Source of the DNA: an uncultured Candidatus Saccharibacteria bacterium
GTDB taxonomy: Bacteria; Patescibacteriota; Minisyncoccia; Phycocordibacterales; Phycocordibacteraceae
DNA: 64,000 nt
Assembly (NCBI GenBank): GCA_964434255.1
Contig: CAYSUL010000001.1
Location: 27,720-91,719, forward strand
Direction of reading: 5' to 3'
Shown: in pieces, positions 48,062 through 56,780 of the stretch
Layout of the letters: each line of letters starts with the position of its first letter
Numbering within the stretch: the stretch's first letter is position 1
The notes under the pieces: generated by a model
Seen by the model: only the letters and a program-made list of their open reading frames with translations
Told to the model about the DNA's origin: nothing
Database searches by the model: none
Program-made: the position numbers and the translations under genes

Positions 48062-48724
48062 ATGAATATCCGCCACGCCAAGATAAGTGAGCAGCTCGGG
48101 GTCGTAGGCCTGCTCGTCACTATCGGTGCACTCGTCCTCATCGCGTTCTTCGTCGATATGGAAGCGCTCAAGGCGTATGTGCTCGCATCAGGCCCGTTCG
48201 CACCGCTCGTATTCATACTCCTGAAAGCATCGACGGTCATCATCGCCCCGCTATCGGGCGCCCCGCTCTACCCTATCGTCGGACTCTTCTTCGGGTTCTG
48301 GCCCGGCTTCCTCTACGTGCTCATCGGTGACTTCCTCGGGTACACGGGCGCGTTCTTCCTCGCCCGCAAGTTCGGGTACCCCTTCGTGCGCAAGATGATA
48401 GCCGGGAACGAGCACGGTCTCCTGTCCCGCGTCGTATCGCACGTGGGCACGGTGAAGGGCTTCATCCATATGTGCCTCACTTGCTTCGCGCTTCCCGAAC
48501 TCATCTCGTACGGCACTGGCCTCTCCCGTCTCCCCTACCCGATATTCATCTCCGTATTGCTTCCGCTCTCGGCAGTGATGTCCGCGACGCTCGTCCTCTT
48601 CGGATCGCTCCTCGACTTCTCCGAGGGCTCGCTCCTCATCACCATCGGTATGCCGCTCGTTGGCGGCGTCATCATCGCTATCGGCGGATACCTCTTCCTT
48701 CGCGGAGTGAACGAGAAGGTCTAG
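48062..48724 (+). CDS. TVP38/TMEM64 (DedA-like) family membrane protein
   Basis: Start at internal ATG MNIRHAK. About six TM helices. Conserved GDFLGY-like segment. Confidence 0.75.
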   Translation: MNIRHAKISEQLGVVGLLVTIGALVLIAFFVDMEALKAYVLASGPFAPLVFILLKASTVIIAPLSGAPLYPIVGLFFGFWPGFLYVLIGDFLGYTGAFFLARKFGYPFVRKMIAGNEHGLLSRVVSHVGTVKGFIHMCLTCFALPELISYGTGLSRLPYPIFISVLLPLSAVMSATLVLFGSLLDFSEGSLLITIGMPLVGGVIIAIGGYLFLRGVNEKV

Positions 48725-48912
48725 GAAGCCGCTTCTTCGCTTAGAGGAGCAGGTTGCGTCATCATCTCATCGAGTTCGGCCTTGATGGCGTTCTCGAATG
48801 CCTTCATCTGGTACCTGGTCCCGAGCCAGAACCCAAGCGCGAACACTAGGACGAAGAGCACGATAGCGACTGCCTGCGAGTACCAGTTCACAGTGTTCCA
48901 TTCGATTTTCAT
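48721..48912 (-). CDS. hypothetical 63-aa membrane protein
   Basis: Single TM helix. No clear RBS. Confidence 0.35.
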   Translation of the reverse strand: MKIEWNTVNWYSQAVAIVLFVLVFALGFWLGTRYQMKAFENAIKAELDEMMTQPAPLSEEAAS

Positions 48913-48935
48913 ATCTTGGAGTATAGCGTAATAGC

Positions 48936-48962
48936 AAAACGACCTCCTAAGAGGTCGTTTTT
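48936..48962. terminator. bidirectional terminator aaaacgacctc-ctaa-gaggtcgtttt
   Basis: Perfect stem with A-run and T-run flanks. Confidence 0.8.
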
Positions 48963-48982
48963 GCGTAGGACAGCTTCGTGGG

Positions 48983-49708
48983 TTACTTCAACTCTGCGTC
49001 TATCAGCGCCGCGACCGATGCGAACGGCTGCGCGCCCGCGAGAAGCGTCTTGCCGATTATCATCGCCGGGGTGCCAGTGACGCCCAGCGCAGAACCTTCC
49101 GTACGGTCAGCTGCGATAGCTTCCGAGTACTTAGCGCGGTTGGATGCAACGAGCGCCGCAACGCGGTCCCCATCGATGCCAGCTACGCCGCGGGTAAGCG
49201 TATCGACGCTCTTCTCATCGCCGAAGCCTCCATGCTCCTCATCCTGCGCGACGAACATCGCCTTGTACCATTCGTAATAGAGCTCGGGATGCGCCTCCCA
49301 TACAGCACGGGAGTAGAGCGCGCCTGATTCTGAATCAGGCCCGAGGAACTGGAAGTCCTTGACGAGGATCTTCACCTTTCCGGTCGCGACATACGTGTCG
49401 TATATCTGCACCATCGCTGTCTGCTCGAACTGCTTGCAGAACGGGCACTGGTAATCGAACCAGTACGCCATGACGACCGGTGCGTTCTTATCGCCCAGGA
49501 ACGGCCCGTTATCCTTCACGTCCTTGATGTTAACCGCCTTCGCTACCTGCTCTCCAGGCTGGGAAGGTAGCGCATCTCCGCGACCGAATGCGAACGCACC
49601 TGCGATGATAAGCGCGCCCACGATGACCGCGATAGGGGTCATGTACTTCTCCAAGAACGAACCAGTATCTGCTTTTTCCATATAAGTATTACGCCCTTTT
49701 ATTTCCAA
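48983..49708 (-). CDS. DsbA-like thiol:disulfide oxidoreductase, membrane anchored
   Basis: CPFC active site in a thioredoxin fold. N-terminal TM helix. TTG start per ORF track; ATG 49681 is an alternative. Confidence 0.8.
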   Translation of the reverse strand: MEIKGRNTYMEKADTGSFLEKYMTPIAVIVGALIIAGAFAFGRGDALPSQPGEQVAKAVNIKDVKDNGPFLGDKNAPVVMAYWFDYQCPFCKQFEQTAMVQIYDTYVATGKVKILVKDFQFLGPDSESGALYSRAVWEAHPELYYEWYKAMFVAQDEEHGGFGDEKSVDTLTRGVAGIDGDRVAALVASNRAKYSEAIAADRTEGSALGVTGTPAMIIGKTLLAGAQPFASVAALIDAELK

Positions 49709-49724
49709 TAGCCTTCAGTATAGC

Positions 49725-49756
49725 AAAAACCCCAGGCTGCATAGCCTGGGGTTTTT
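49725..49756. terminator. bidirectional terminator aaaaaccccaggct-gcat-agcctggggttttt
   Basis: Perfect 14-bp stem. Confidence 0.85.
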
Positions 49757-49775
49757 GAGCACTTAGAGGGACCGA

Positions 49776-51185
49776 TTACGAGATGAACGTAAGCGCCTTC
49801 CCGCCCATGCCAGCACGACCGGTACGGCCGATACGGTGGGTGTAATCCTCGTAGGTGCCCGGCAAGTCGAAGTTGATGACGTGCGTCACTCCCGAGATGT
49901 CGAGACCACGAGCCGCGACGTCGGTTGCCACGAGCACGCGCACATGCGACTGCTTGAAGAGCCCAAGGGCCTTCTGGCGCGCGGAGTGCGTCTTGTTGCC
50001 GTGGATGGAGTCGGCTTTTATGCCGGCCTGGCGAAGATCCTTCGCGAGGCGCTCCACGCCGTGCTTGGTGCGTCCGAAGACAAGCACGCGCTCCATGTCA
50101 GGAGCCTGGAGAAGCTCGATGAGCTTCGTAAGCTTCTGGGCAGGAGGAACGCGCACGACGTCCTGGTCGATAGTGTGCGAGGTCTCGCGGGTCTTCACCG
50201 AAATGCGGACCGGGTCCTTGAGGAATTCGCCGATGAGGCGCTCGATATCCTTCGACAGCGTTGCCGAGAAGAAGAGCGTGTGACGGACGTTCCGCATGAA
50301 TCCCATAATGAAACGCATGTCGTTGATGAATCCCATGTCGAGCATGCGATCGGCCTCATCGAGGACGACGGTACCGAAGTCGGAGAGGTCGAGCTCCCTG
50401 CGCTCCATGATGTCCTTGAGGCGTCCCGGCGTGCCGATGACGAAGGATGGGTTGCGACGGAGTACGCGTATCTGCGGAGAGATGTTGGCACCTCCCACAA
50501 TCGTCACCGAGTTTAGCTGGAGGCCCTTGGCGAAGCCGAAGAACTCCTGCTCGATCTGGATAGCGAGCTCGCGCGTCGGTACCATGATGAGCACGCGCTC
50601 ATTCTGGCCGAGTGCACGGAACTTGAGCACCTTATCGATGAGCGGAATGAGGAATGCCGCTGTCTTACCAGTACCCGTGTTCGCAAGACCGACCACATCG
50701 AGTCCCTTGAGGACGTGCGGTATGGACTCGTCCTGGATAGGGGTCGGGGTGACATATCCCTTGGCCGCGATGTTCGCCTTGAGGCGCTCATCGATAGCGA
50801 AGCCTGCGAATGCGTGCTCGGGTACGTACGCCTCTACCTCTTCAGGAGCTGAAGCCTTATTAATAAGCTTATTCAGGTCGACGTTCATCTCCTGGAATCC
50901 CCGCTTACCGCCGGAGCGGTTCGAGGAACCGCCGCCACGAGGGCCACGGTCGAACGAAGGGCGAGATGAGGACGAGGGGCCACGAGAGCCGCCACCGCCA
51001 CGAGGCGGTCCGAAACTACGCTGAGGGCGACGCGGGGCGCCGTTCGCAAGAGCGAACTGCATGCCCGCTTCGTACGCGTTGCTTGCGCCACCACGGCTTG
51101 AACCGCTGCGGCTAGGACGAGGGCCTGAGCCACCCGACCGATTGCCTCCACGCTTATCGCGCGAAGAGAAATTACTATTTTGCAT
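49776..51185 (-). CDS. DEAD-box ATP-dependent RNA helicase with ~100-aa RG/RGG-rich N-terminal tail
   Basis: Q motif, GTGKT, DEAD, SAT and HRIGRTGR motifs. Confidence 0.9.
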   Translation of the reverse strand: MQNSNFSSRDKRGGNRSGGSGPRPSRSGSSRGGASNAYEAGMQFALANGAPRRPQRSFGPPRGGGGSRGPSSSSRPSFDRGPRGGGSSNRSGGKRGFQEMNVDLNKLINKASAPEEVEAYVPEHAFAGFAIDERLKANIAAKGYVTPTPIQDESIPHVLKGLDVVGLANTGTGKTAAFLIPLIDKVLKFRALGQNERVLIMVPTRELAIQIEQEFFGFAKGLQLNSVTIVGGANISPQIRVLRRNPSFVIGTPGRLKDIMERRELDLSDFGTVVLDEADRMLDMGFINDMRFIMGFMRNVRHTLFFSATLSKDIERLIGEFLKDPVRISVKTRETSHTIDQDVVRVPPAQKLTKLIELLQAPDMERVLVFGRTKHGVERLAKDLRQAGIKADSIHGNKTHSARQKALGLFKQSHVRVLVATDVAARGLDISGVTHVINFDLPGTYEDYTHRIGRTGRAGMGGKALTFIS

Positions 51186-51424
51186 GTATGTATCTGTTTG
51201 AACGAGAGCGCTGGCGCTCTTCGTGTTGAGTAATCAACCGTCCTCGAGAGTTTCAAGCCGATGCGCTTTCCGCTTTGGCTGGTCCTGATGAGTTTGCTCT
51301 CAAGACGTCAAACAATATGGAGTAACCGTTGTGGAGGAACTATAGCACTTCCCTCCTTATTTTGCAAGGCGTGGAGACAAATGACGCCCCGCCCGAAAGC
51401 AGGGCGAGGCGTCGAATCAGGTAC

Positions 51425-51970
51425 CTAAGCGACCTCAAACACGGGCCAGTTGTGCCCGCTTATCCCGTATCCCGCCCACGAGCACTCGAGCGTACGCCGG
51501 ATCCCGTTATATGCGATACGGAAATTGCGACGTTCGCTCTCATGGTCGTATACGATCGGGACGAAGAGGCTGAATCCGGATTCGCTATGGAGCTTGAACC
51601 GGTCTATGGGAAGATTAGGATGCGCTGCCGAGATGCCGAGGCATGTGTGAACGCACGCAGGCACCAATCCCTCCTTCTGGCCCCATGCGAGAGGATCATC
51701 GAGATACGTGTGGCTGCCGAGTCCATAGTTGAGCAAGACAAGCGGTCGTCCTGCCTTCCTATCCTGGCAGCACGCCCCGGCTCCCTCCCACGTGCGGGAA
51801 CGGCACGAGGCTTCGGTGCTAGGCGCTCCAAGCGAGACGAGCTCGTCGAAAGCATCCCATTCGGGCATTTCCGGGCACAGCATCACGAGGATGCGGCCGG
51901 AAGCTGGTGCAGTTACCTGGCTTTTCGCTCTGCGGAGCAGTTGCTCAGGCGTTAGCGGAACGTCCGTCAT
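51425..51970 (-). CDS. hypothetical protein
   Basis: 181 aa. AGGAG RBS upstream. Cys-rich. No family recognised. Confidence 0.55.
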   Translation of the reverse strand: MTDVPLTPEQLLRRAKSQVTAPASGRILVMLCPEMPEWDAFDELVSLGAPSTEASCRSRTWEGAGACCQDRKAGRPLVLLNYGLGSHTYLDDPLAWGQKEGLVPACVHTCLGISAAHPNLPIDRFKLHSESGFSLFVPIVYDHESERRNFRIAYNGIRRTLECSWAGYGISGHNWPVFEVA

Positions 51971-52161
51971 TACATGCTCCTACATGAGGGTGAACGTGTC
52001 GAAGAGCGCAGCTCTATGCCATAGAACTCCTCCTTCTGGCCGGATGTTACCACCCTCACCTAAAAACAACGAGACACCGCTATGGCGGTGTCTGTTCGTA
52101 TCTACTTATGCAAGTCTATGTCAGCTGTAGTTTCGCCCGCGTGCGGGCCCGCACCAATTCC

Positions 52162-52314
52162 CTAGGCGATAGGGTTCCGTCCCTGGATGAGGCGGACGAG
52201 AACCATGATGACCGCGACGACGAGAAGCAGGTGGATGAATCCGCCAAGCGTGTAGCTCGTCACGAGACCGAGAAGCCAGAGCACGAGAAGTATCACTGCG
52301 ATGGTATAGAACAT
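52162..52314 (-). CDS. lmo0937-family small membrane protein (50 aa)
   Basis: MFYTIAVILLVLWLLGLVTSYTLGGFIHLLLVVAVIMVLVRLIQGRNPIA. A palindrome gtgcgggcccgcac lies just 3' of the gene. Not in the ORF track (below 60 aa). Confidence 0.6.
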   Translation of the reverse strand: MFYTIAVILLVLWLLGLVTSYTLGGFIHLLLVVAVIMVLVRLIQGRNPIA

Positions 52315-52409
52315 GGAATTTCGTTAGTGACTGGTAATCCTCATACCGTATGAAAAACAACCTAGAGAAATGATGAAGGGCGCTTCCCGGAGGAAACGCC
52401 CCTATCGAC

Positions 52410-52778
52410 CTACTGGCCGACTGCGACTGTATCGGCGAAAAGAAGACCATGGATGACCGGATGACTCATCGGATCCGCCCGGGTCTCGGCGACCAGCTTG
52501 GGACCGTAGGCTTTCCTAACTCGAGCGCGTTGCTCGACCGTGAGAGTAACGGGCCAGGTCGGGATCGATACGCCACGCCCATCGGGCGCGAGCAGATTCT
52601 GGACGAAGAGCCGGCTCATCATATTGGCACTGCTGGCGCGGATAGGGGGCGACGGCTTCCCGTCCGCGCACGTGAAGTACATAGACTTGACCCTCACCTG
52701 CTGTTCTTTGAGCGGCGGCTGCATGCGCCACTGATGCATGATGGCCTCGATGCAGTTCTCGAACGACTGCGTTCCCAT
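52410..52778 (-). CDS. hypothetical protein
   Basis: 122 aa. AAGGGA RBS about 8 nt upstream. Confidence 0.45.
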   Translation of the reverse strand: MGTQSFENCIEAIMHQWRMQPPLKEQQVRVKSMYFTCADGKPSPPIRASSANMMSRLFVQNLLAPDGRGVSIPTWPVTLTVEQRARVRKAYGPKLVAETRADPMSHPVIHGLLFADTVAVGQ

Positions 52779-52860
52779 GACTGTATTCCCTTCTGTGCCC
52801 GTACGTGGCTGTGAAATCTGGACGTACCCTACCAGAAACCGCTACCCGCCACAATGAGAA

Positions 52861-52880
52861 AGGCCGGGAGGTCCCGGCCT
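52861..52880. terminator. typA terminator aggccggg-aggt-cccggcct
   Basis: Perfect 8-bp stem 6 nt after the typA stop. T-rich flank on the minus strand. Confidence 0.65.
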
Positions 52881-52885
52881 TTGCT

Positions 52886-54670
52886 CTAGCGGCGATTCTT
52901 CGAACGATCGCTCTCGGTGAGCCCCTGCTTACGCAGACGCACCGAAAGTGGCGTTATCTCGAGATACTCGTCATCCGTCATGACCTCAAGACCGCGCTCG
53001 ATGCTGAGAGTGAACGCGGGGACCAGGTTGATGGCTTCATCCATACCGGACGAACGGACGTTGCTCTGGTTCTTTCCCTTGGTAGGGTTCACGACCATCT
53101 CTTCTCCCTTCGAAGTGTTGCCCACCACCATACCTTCATAGACTTCGGTAGCCGGGGTGATATAGAGGACGCCGCGCTCCTGCATGCCCCAAAGCGCATA
53201 GCCGAGCGCCTTGCCGGTTGCCATGGAAATCATGGAGCCCACCTGGCGCTTCTTTATCTCGCCTGCGTACGGCTTGAAGCCGAGCACGCGCGTTGAAAGT
53301 ATTCCCTCGCCCTTGGTGTCGACGACGAACTGGTTGCGATACCCAAGAAGGCCGCGGGTAGGACCTTCGAGTGTGAGGCGCACCGTGTCGCCGTGCTGCA
53401 CAAGGTTCATGAGCACGAATGCGCGAGTACCGAGGCGCTCGATGATGGAGCCCTGGAACTCGGTCGGAGTATCGATAGTGACTTCCTCGTATGGCTCGAG
53501 CTTCTGGCCCTCTTCCTCGCGGATGATTACCTGCGGCTGGGAGACCTGCATCTCGTATCCTGCGCGGCGCATGTTCTCGAGGAGGATGGCGATGTGGAGC
53601 TCGCCGCGGCCCGAGACCTTGAAGGCGTCAGGGGACACGAAGTCCACCTTGAGTCCCACGTTCACTTCGAGCTCGCGCTCGAGGTATTCGCGAAGCTGGC
53701 GGCTCGTCACGTACTTCCCTTCGCGGCCCGCGAACGGTGAATTATTCACGAGGAAGTTCACGGTGATGGTCGGCTCATCAATAGCGATTGCTGGCATCGG
53801 CTCCATAGCAGGGTCGGTAGTGATGGTCTCTCCGATGAATACGTCAGGAAGACCTGCGACGATCACGATGTCGCCTGCGGACGCTTCCGTAGCTTCAACG
53901 CGCTCAAGACCCTTGAAGGTGAATATCTTCGTCGTCTTTCCGTTACGCGCAGTGCCGTCAGGCTTCTTCACGATGACGTTCTGTCCCGGAGTGATGGTTC
54001 CTTCGTACACGCGGCAGATGGCGAGGCGGCCGAGGAAGTTATCGTACGCGAGATTGAATGACTGGAGCTTGAGGGGCTTGGCCTCGTCTCCTGCTGCTGA
54101 AGCTGCAGGCACGTTCTCAAGAACGGTATCGAGAAGCGGCTCGAGGTTCACGCGCTCGTCGTCGAGCTTCTTCATAGCAACGCCCTCGCGACCGATGGCA
54201 TATACCACTTTGAAGTCGGACTGCTCATCGCTTGCTCCGAGCTCGAGGAAGAGTTCGAGCACCTGCTCTTCAGCACGATCGGGATCTGCTGCTGGCTTGT
54301 CTATCTTATTCAGAACGACGATAGGCTTGAGCCCGAGCTCGAGTGACTTCTTGAGTACGAAACGGGTCTGCGGCATGGGGCCTTCCTGCGCGTCGACGAT
54401 GAGGAGCACGGAGTCGATGGAACGGAGCACACGCTCAACTTCCGAACCGAAGTCGGAGTGGCCTGGGGTGTCGACGATGTTTATCTTCGTTCCCTTGTAC
54501 TCCACCGAGGCGTTCTTGGAGTAGATGGTGATGCCGCGCTCGTGCTCGAGTGCGTTACTGTCCATGGACACGCCAGCAGCTGCCGCGCCGGTTTCCTTGA
54601 GGATGGCGTCGGTCAGCGTGGTCTTTCCGTGGTCCACGTGGGCGATGATGGCGATATTCCGGGTTTCCAT
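52886..54670 (-). CDS. typA: translational GTPase TypA/BipA
   Basis: AIIAHVDHGKTTL, DTPGH, NKID G-motifs. 594 aa. Confidence 0.95.
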   Translation of the reverse strand: METRNIAIIAHVDHGKTTLTDAILKETGAAAAGVSMDSNALEHERGITIYSKNASVEYKGTKINIVDTPGHSDFGSEVERVLRSIDSVLLIVDAQEGPMPQTRFVLKKSLELGLKPIVVLNKIDKPAADPDRAEEQVLELFLELGASDEQSDFKVVYAIGREGVAMKKLDDERVNLEPLLDTVLENVPAASAAGDEAKPLKLQSFNLAYDNFLGRLAICRVYEGTITPGQNVIVKKPDGTARNGKTTKIFTFKGLERVEATEASAGDIVIVAGLPDVFIGETITTDPAMEPMPAIAIDEPTITVNFLVNNSPFAGREGKYVTSRQLREYLERELEVNVGLKVDFVSPDAFKVSGRGELHIAILLENMRRAGYEMQVSQPQVIIREEEGQKLEPYEEVTIDTPTEFQGSIIERLGTRAFVLMNLVQHGDTVRLTLEGPTRGLLGYRNQFVVDTKGEGILSTRVLGFKPYAGEIKKRQVGSMISMATGKALGYALWGMQERGVLYITPATEVYEGMVVGNTSKGEEMVVNPTKGKNQSNVRSSGMDEAINLVPAFTLSIERGLEVMTDDEYLEITPLSVRLRKQGLTESDRSKNRR

Positions 54671-54774
54671 ATGACGAATCTGGCTTGCGAATAAAATAAA
54701 AAGGCCCCACGGGCAATTGAAAATAGAATACCTTTATATAGATGAAGCGTCAATCATCCTCAGGCGACGAATCC

Positions 54775-54806
54775 CTGCTGCTGAGAGTCCGGGACGATGT
54801 TGGAAC
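54775..54806 (+). repeat. L-type repeat copy C (CTGCTGCTGAGAGTCCGGGACGATGTTGGAAC)
   Basis: Followed by a leader CTCTTATGCAATGCATGGTAGGTTCTGTCTAGAC, near-identical to the one after copy A. Confidence 0.7.
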
Positions 54807-54857
54807 TCTTATGCAATGCATGGTAGGTTCTGTCTAGACACATTCAGGAGAACGTTA

Positions 54858-55151
54858 ATGCCCTCAGGAAACCGAAAGCAGTGGTTGCTCGGGAGTGCTA
54901 CTCCCACATTCCCTGCACGCTTCTGCTCCACCTCTGAAGGAAGGCGGATGTTCCCGGACATTCTCCAAGATGCCTTCGGGCTCAAGAGCATCACAGGCTT
55001 TCATCGCTACGGACGAACGCTCGGTGCGATTATCCCCATCGAGGCCGTTCGGCTTCTCGCCGGCTATCCGGATGCGGTGGACGACGATACGAAGGTCCGC
55101 ATTCGGAACGCAGCCCTGAACCTCCTCGAGGGACAAGGTGATCTACGTTGA
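54858..55151 (+). CDS. hypothetical protein, possible Phd/YefM-like antitoxin fold (cargo of module C)
   Basis: AGGAGA RBS 6 nt upstream. KSITGFHRYGRTLGAIIPIEAVRLL resembles the antitoxin beta-strand region. No toxin partner seen. Confidence 0.45.
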   Translation: MPSGNRKQWLLGSATPTFPARFCSTSEGRRMFPDILQDAFGLKSITGFHRYGRTLGAIIPIEAVRLLAGYPDAVDDDTKVRIRNAALNLLEGQGDLR

Positions 55152-55191
55152 TGGAAGAACCTCACACTCCGCGCCCTGAAAGCGCGGAGTT

Positions 55192-55221
55192 CTTGCTGAG
55201 GGTCTGGGACGATGTTGGAAC
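55192..55221 (+). repeat. L-type repeat copy D (CTTGCTGAGGGTCTGGGACGATGTTGGAAC)
   Basis: Starts 41 nt after the module C gene. Boundary of the AT-rich islet. Confidence 0.7.
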
Positions 55222-55223
55222 TC

Positions 55224-55706
55224 TTACACTCCGATTTGAGGAACCGCGCCCGCCATATACAGAAACATATAAATCAGGAGGACAATGAAAAAACCGATGG
55301 CAAGAAGTTTTCTATTCATTTCTTTACTTTGTACAAACCAGATATGCTTCCAAAATTTATCGTTAGCCCTTTTTGAGAGAAGAACTATCAATCCAAGCAC
55401 AATGGACAGAAACGCAACTACCGGAAGTATGGCTACCAATGCAAGACCCAAAAAACTCAGTGGAGGATAGTTACTTACAATCAGACCTGCACTCAAGAAC
55501 ATTACTCCAAGCAGAAGAGACCGTGCAGGATTTAGATAGCGATAATACCAATAATCTTTCCCGAAACTATCGTCACCTGATTCTCCCTCTTTAGCCGTTA
55601 AATCTGATGTCCACTCCTTATAGAATTTTCTTGAGAAAAACATTGCAAAGCCATAATAGATAGCAGCCACGCCAGTTGCAATTAAGAAGAGTGGAAACCA
55701 GGTCAT
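55224..55706 (-). CDS. hypothetical polytopic membrane protein in ~40% GC islet
   Basis: 160 aa, about four TM helices. The last 8 codons read into the sequence just after repeat L-D. Confidence 0.5.
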   Translation of the reverse strand: MTWFPLFLIATGVAAIYYGFAMFFSRKFYKEWTSDLTAKEGESGDDSFGKDYWYYRYLNPARSLLLGVMFLSAGLIVSNYPPLSFLGLALVAILPVVAFLSIVLGLIVLLSKRANDKFWKHIWFVQSKEMNRKLLAIGFFIVLLIYMFLYMAGAVPQIGV

Positions 55707-55739
55707 ATAAGAAGTATATCGCCTGCAGGATGAGTCCGT

Positions 55740-55765
55740 CCTGGGAGACTAGGTATCGAACCTAC
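55740..55765 (+). repeat. R-type repeat copy 3 (CCTGGGAGACTAGGTATCGAACCTAC)
   Basis: tRNA-3'-end-like hairpin taggt-atcga-accta. Its CTA is the stop codon of mltG. Confidence 0.7.
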
Positions 55766-56763
55766 CGCAAATACGTATCAACGTTCCTCAACTGCCCCGC
55801 ATAGCTCTCGGAGCAGTGTATTACCCCATCCATATCATGGAGGTAGTAGAGGCAGTCAGTATTCTCCGGCTCAAGTACGGCTTTGATGGAAGCGAGGCTC
55901 GGATTAGCAATAGGGTGCGGCGGGAGCCCCGCGTATTTATACGTATTGAATGGAGAGTCGATGTATTTATCATCCTTGGTAGGTGCCGGCCACCAATTCC
56001 CCTTCTTCCCGCGGATGTACTGGAAGGTAGCGTCCACCTGGAGACGCATGCCGGTATCGAGACGATTCCACATAATTCCTGCAACGAGCGCCTTGTCGTT
56101 CTTCGCTGACTCGCGCTCGACGAGCGACGCCATGGTGATGAGCTCGTTCCAGGAGAGGTCCATGTCGGCAGCTTGCTCGGCATACGGTGCGAATACTTCC
56201 TCGAACCGGCCACGCAACCGCTGCGCCACCTGTTCCGGCGATTGGTCCGACGCGATGAGATAGGTGTCGCCGAAGTAAACGCCCTCGATGAGGGTGGCGT
56301 CAGGCGCCGTATCGACCGTCACCCATTTCTCCACCTGCTCATCGGTCCATCCGAGCTTCTTCTGCAAGAGTTCCGCTATCTGCTCCTTACGGAGACCGGG
56401 AGGAATGGTTACCCACGCAAGGTATGGAGGACGCGCGAACGCTTCTGCGAGAGTCCACGCGTCCTGGCTCCGGCTTATCTTGTACCCTCCTTCCACGATG
56501 TCCTCGTGGCCCGTTATCGCATATGCCATACGGAACGCGAGCTCGCTCTTTATGAAATTCAATTCCTTGAGGCCGCTCGCCACTTCCGCGATAGGAGTGT
56601 CCGGATTAACGATGAATTCCTCGGGCTCCGCGTACTGCGCAACCGGCCCGAACATGTTGGAGTAGATAAGGAGGAATACAACGATGAAGGCAACTGCACC
56701 TATGCCCCAGAGGATGAGCGCGCGACGCATATCCCGCTTGGGTCGATAGAACGGAAACTGCAT
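55762..56763 (-). CDS. mltG: endolytic murein transglycosylase MltG (YceG-like)
   Basis: N-terminal TM. YceG domain. Confidence 0.9.
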   Translation of the reverse strand: MQFPFYRPKRDMRRALILWGIGAVAFIVVFLLIYSNMFGPVAQYAEPEEFIVNPDTPIAEVASGLKELNFIKSELAFRMAYAITGHEDIVEGGYKISRSQDAWTLAEAFARPPYLAWVTIPPGLRKEQIAELLQKKLGWTDEQVEKWVTVDTAPDATLIEGVYFGDTYLIASDQSPEQVAQRLRGRFEEVFAPYAEQAADMDLSWNELITMASLVERESAKNDKALVAGIMWNRLDTGMRLQVDATFQYIRGKKGNWWPAPTKDDKYIDSPFNTYKYAGLPPHPIANPSLASIKAVLEPENTDCLYYLHDMDGVIHCSESYAGQLRNVDTYLR

Positions 56764-56780
56764 ATTCTACCCATTGTACC

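Noticed and set aside
54801-54818. Sigma-54-like -24/-12 element TGGAAC-N5-TGCAAT inside L repeats A and C
   Set aside because: GG to GC spacing is 11 rather than 12. Only two of five L copies carry the TGCAAT part. No evidence of RpoN in this lineage from the window.
54717-54857. TTG-initiated N-terminal extension of the module C ORF
   Set aside because: The extension reads through the L-C repeat and conserved leader. A proper AGGAGA RBS precedes the internal ATG at 54858.
55285-55470. 61-aa plus-strand ORF with perfect AGGAGG RBS inside the AT-rich islet
   Set aside because: Antisense to a longer TM-helix-rich ORF. Not discarded outright and kept as ambiguity in the module C/D finding.
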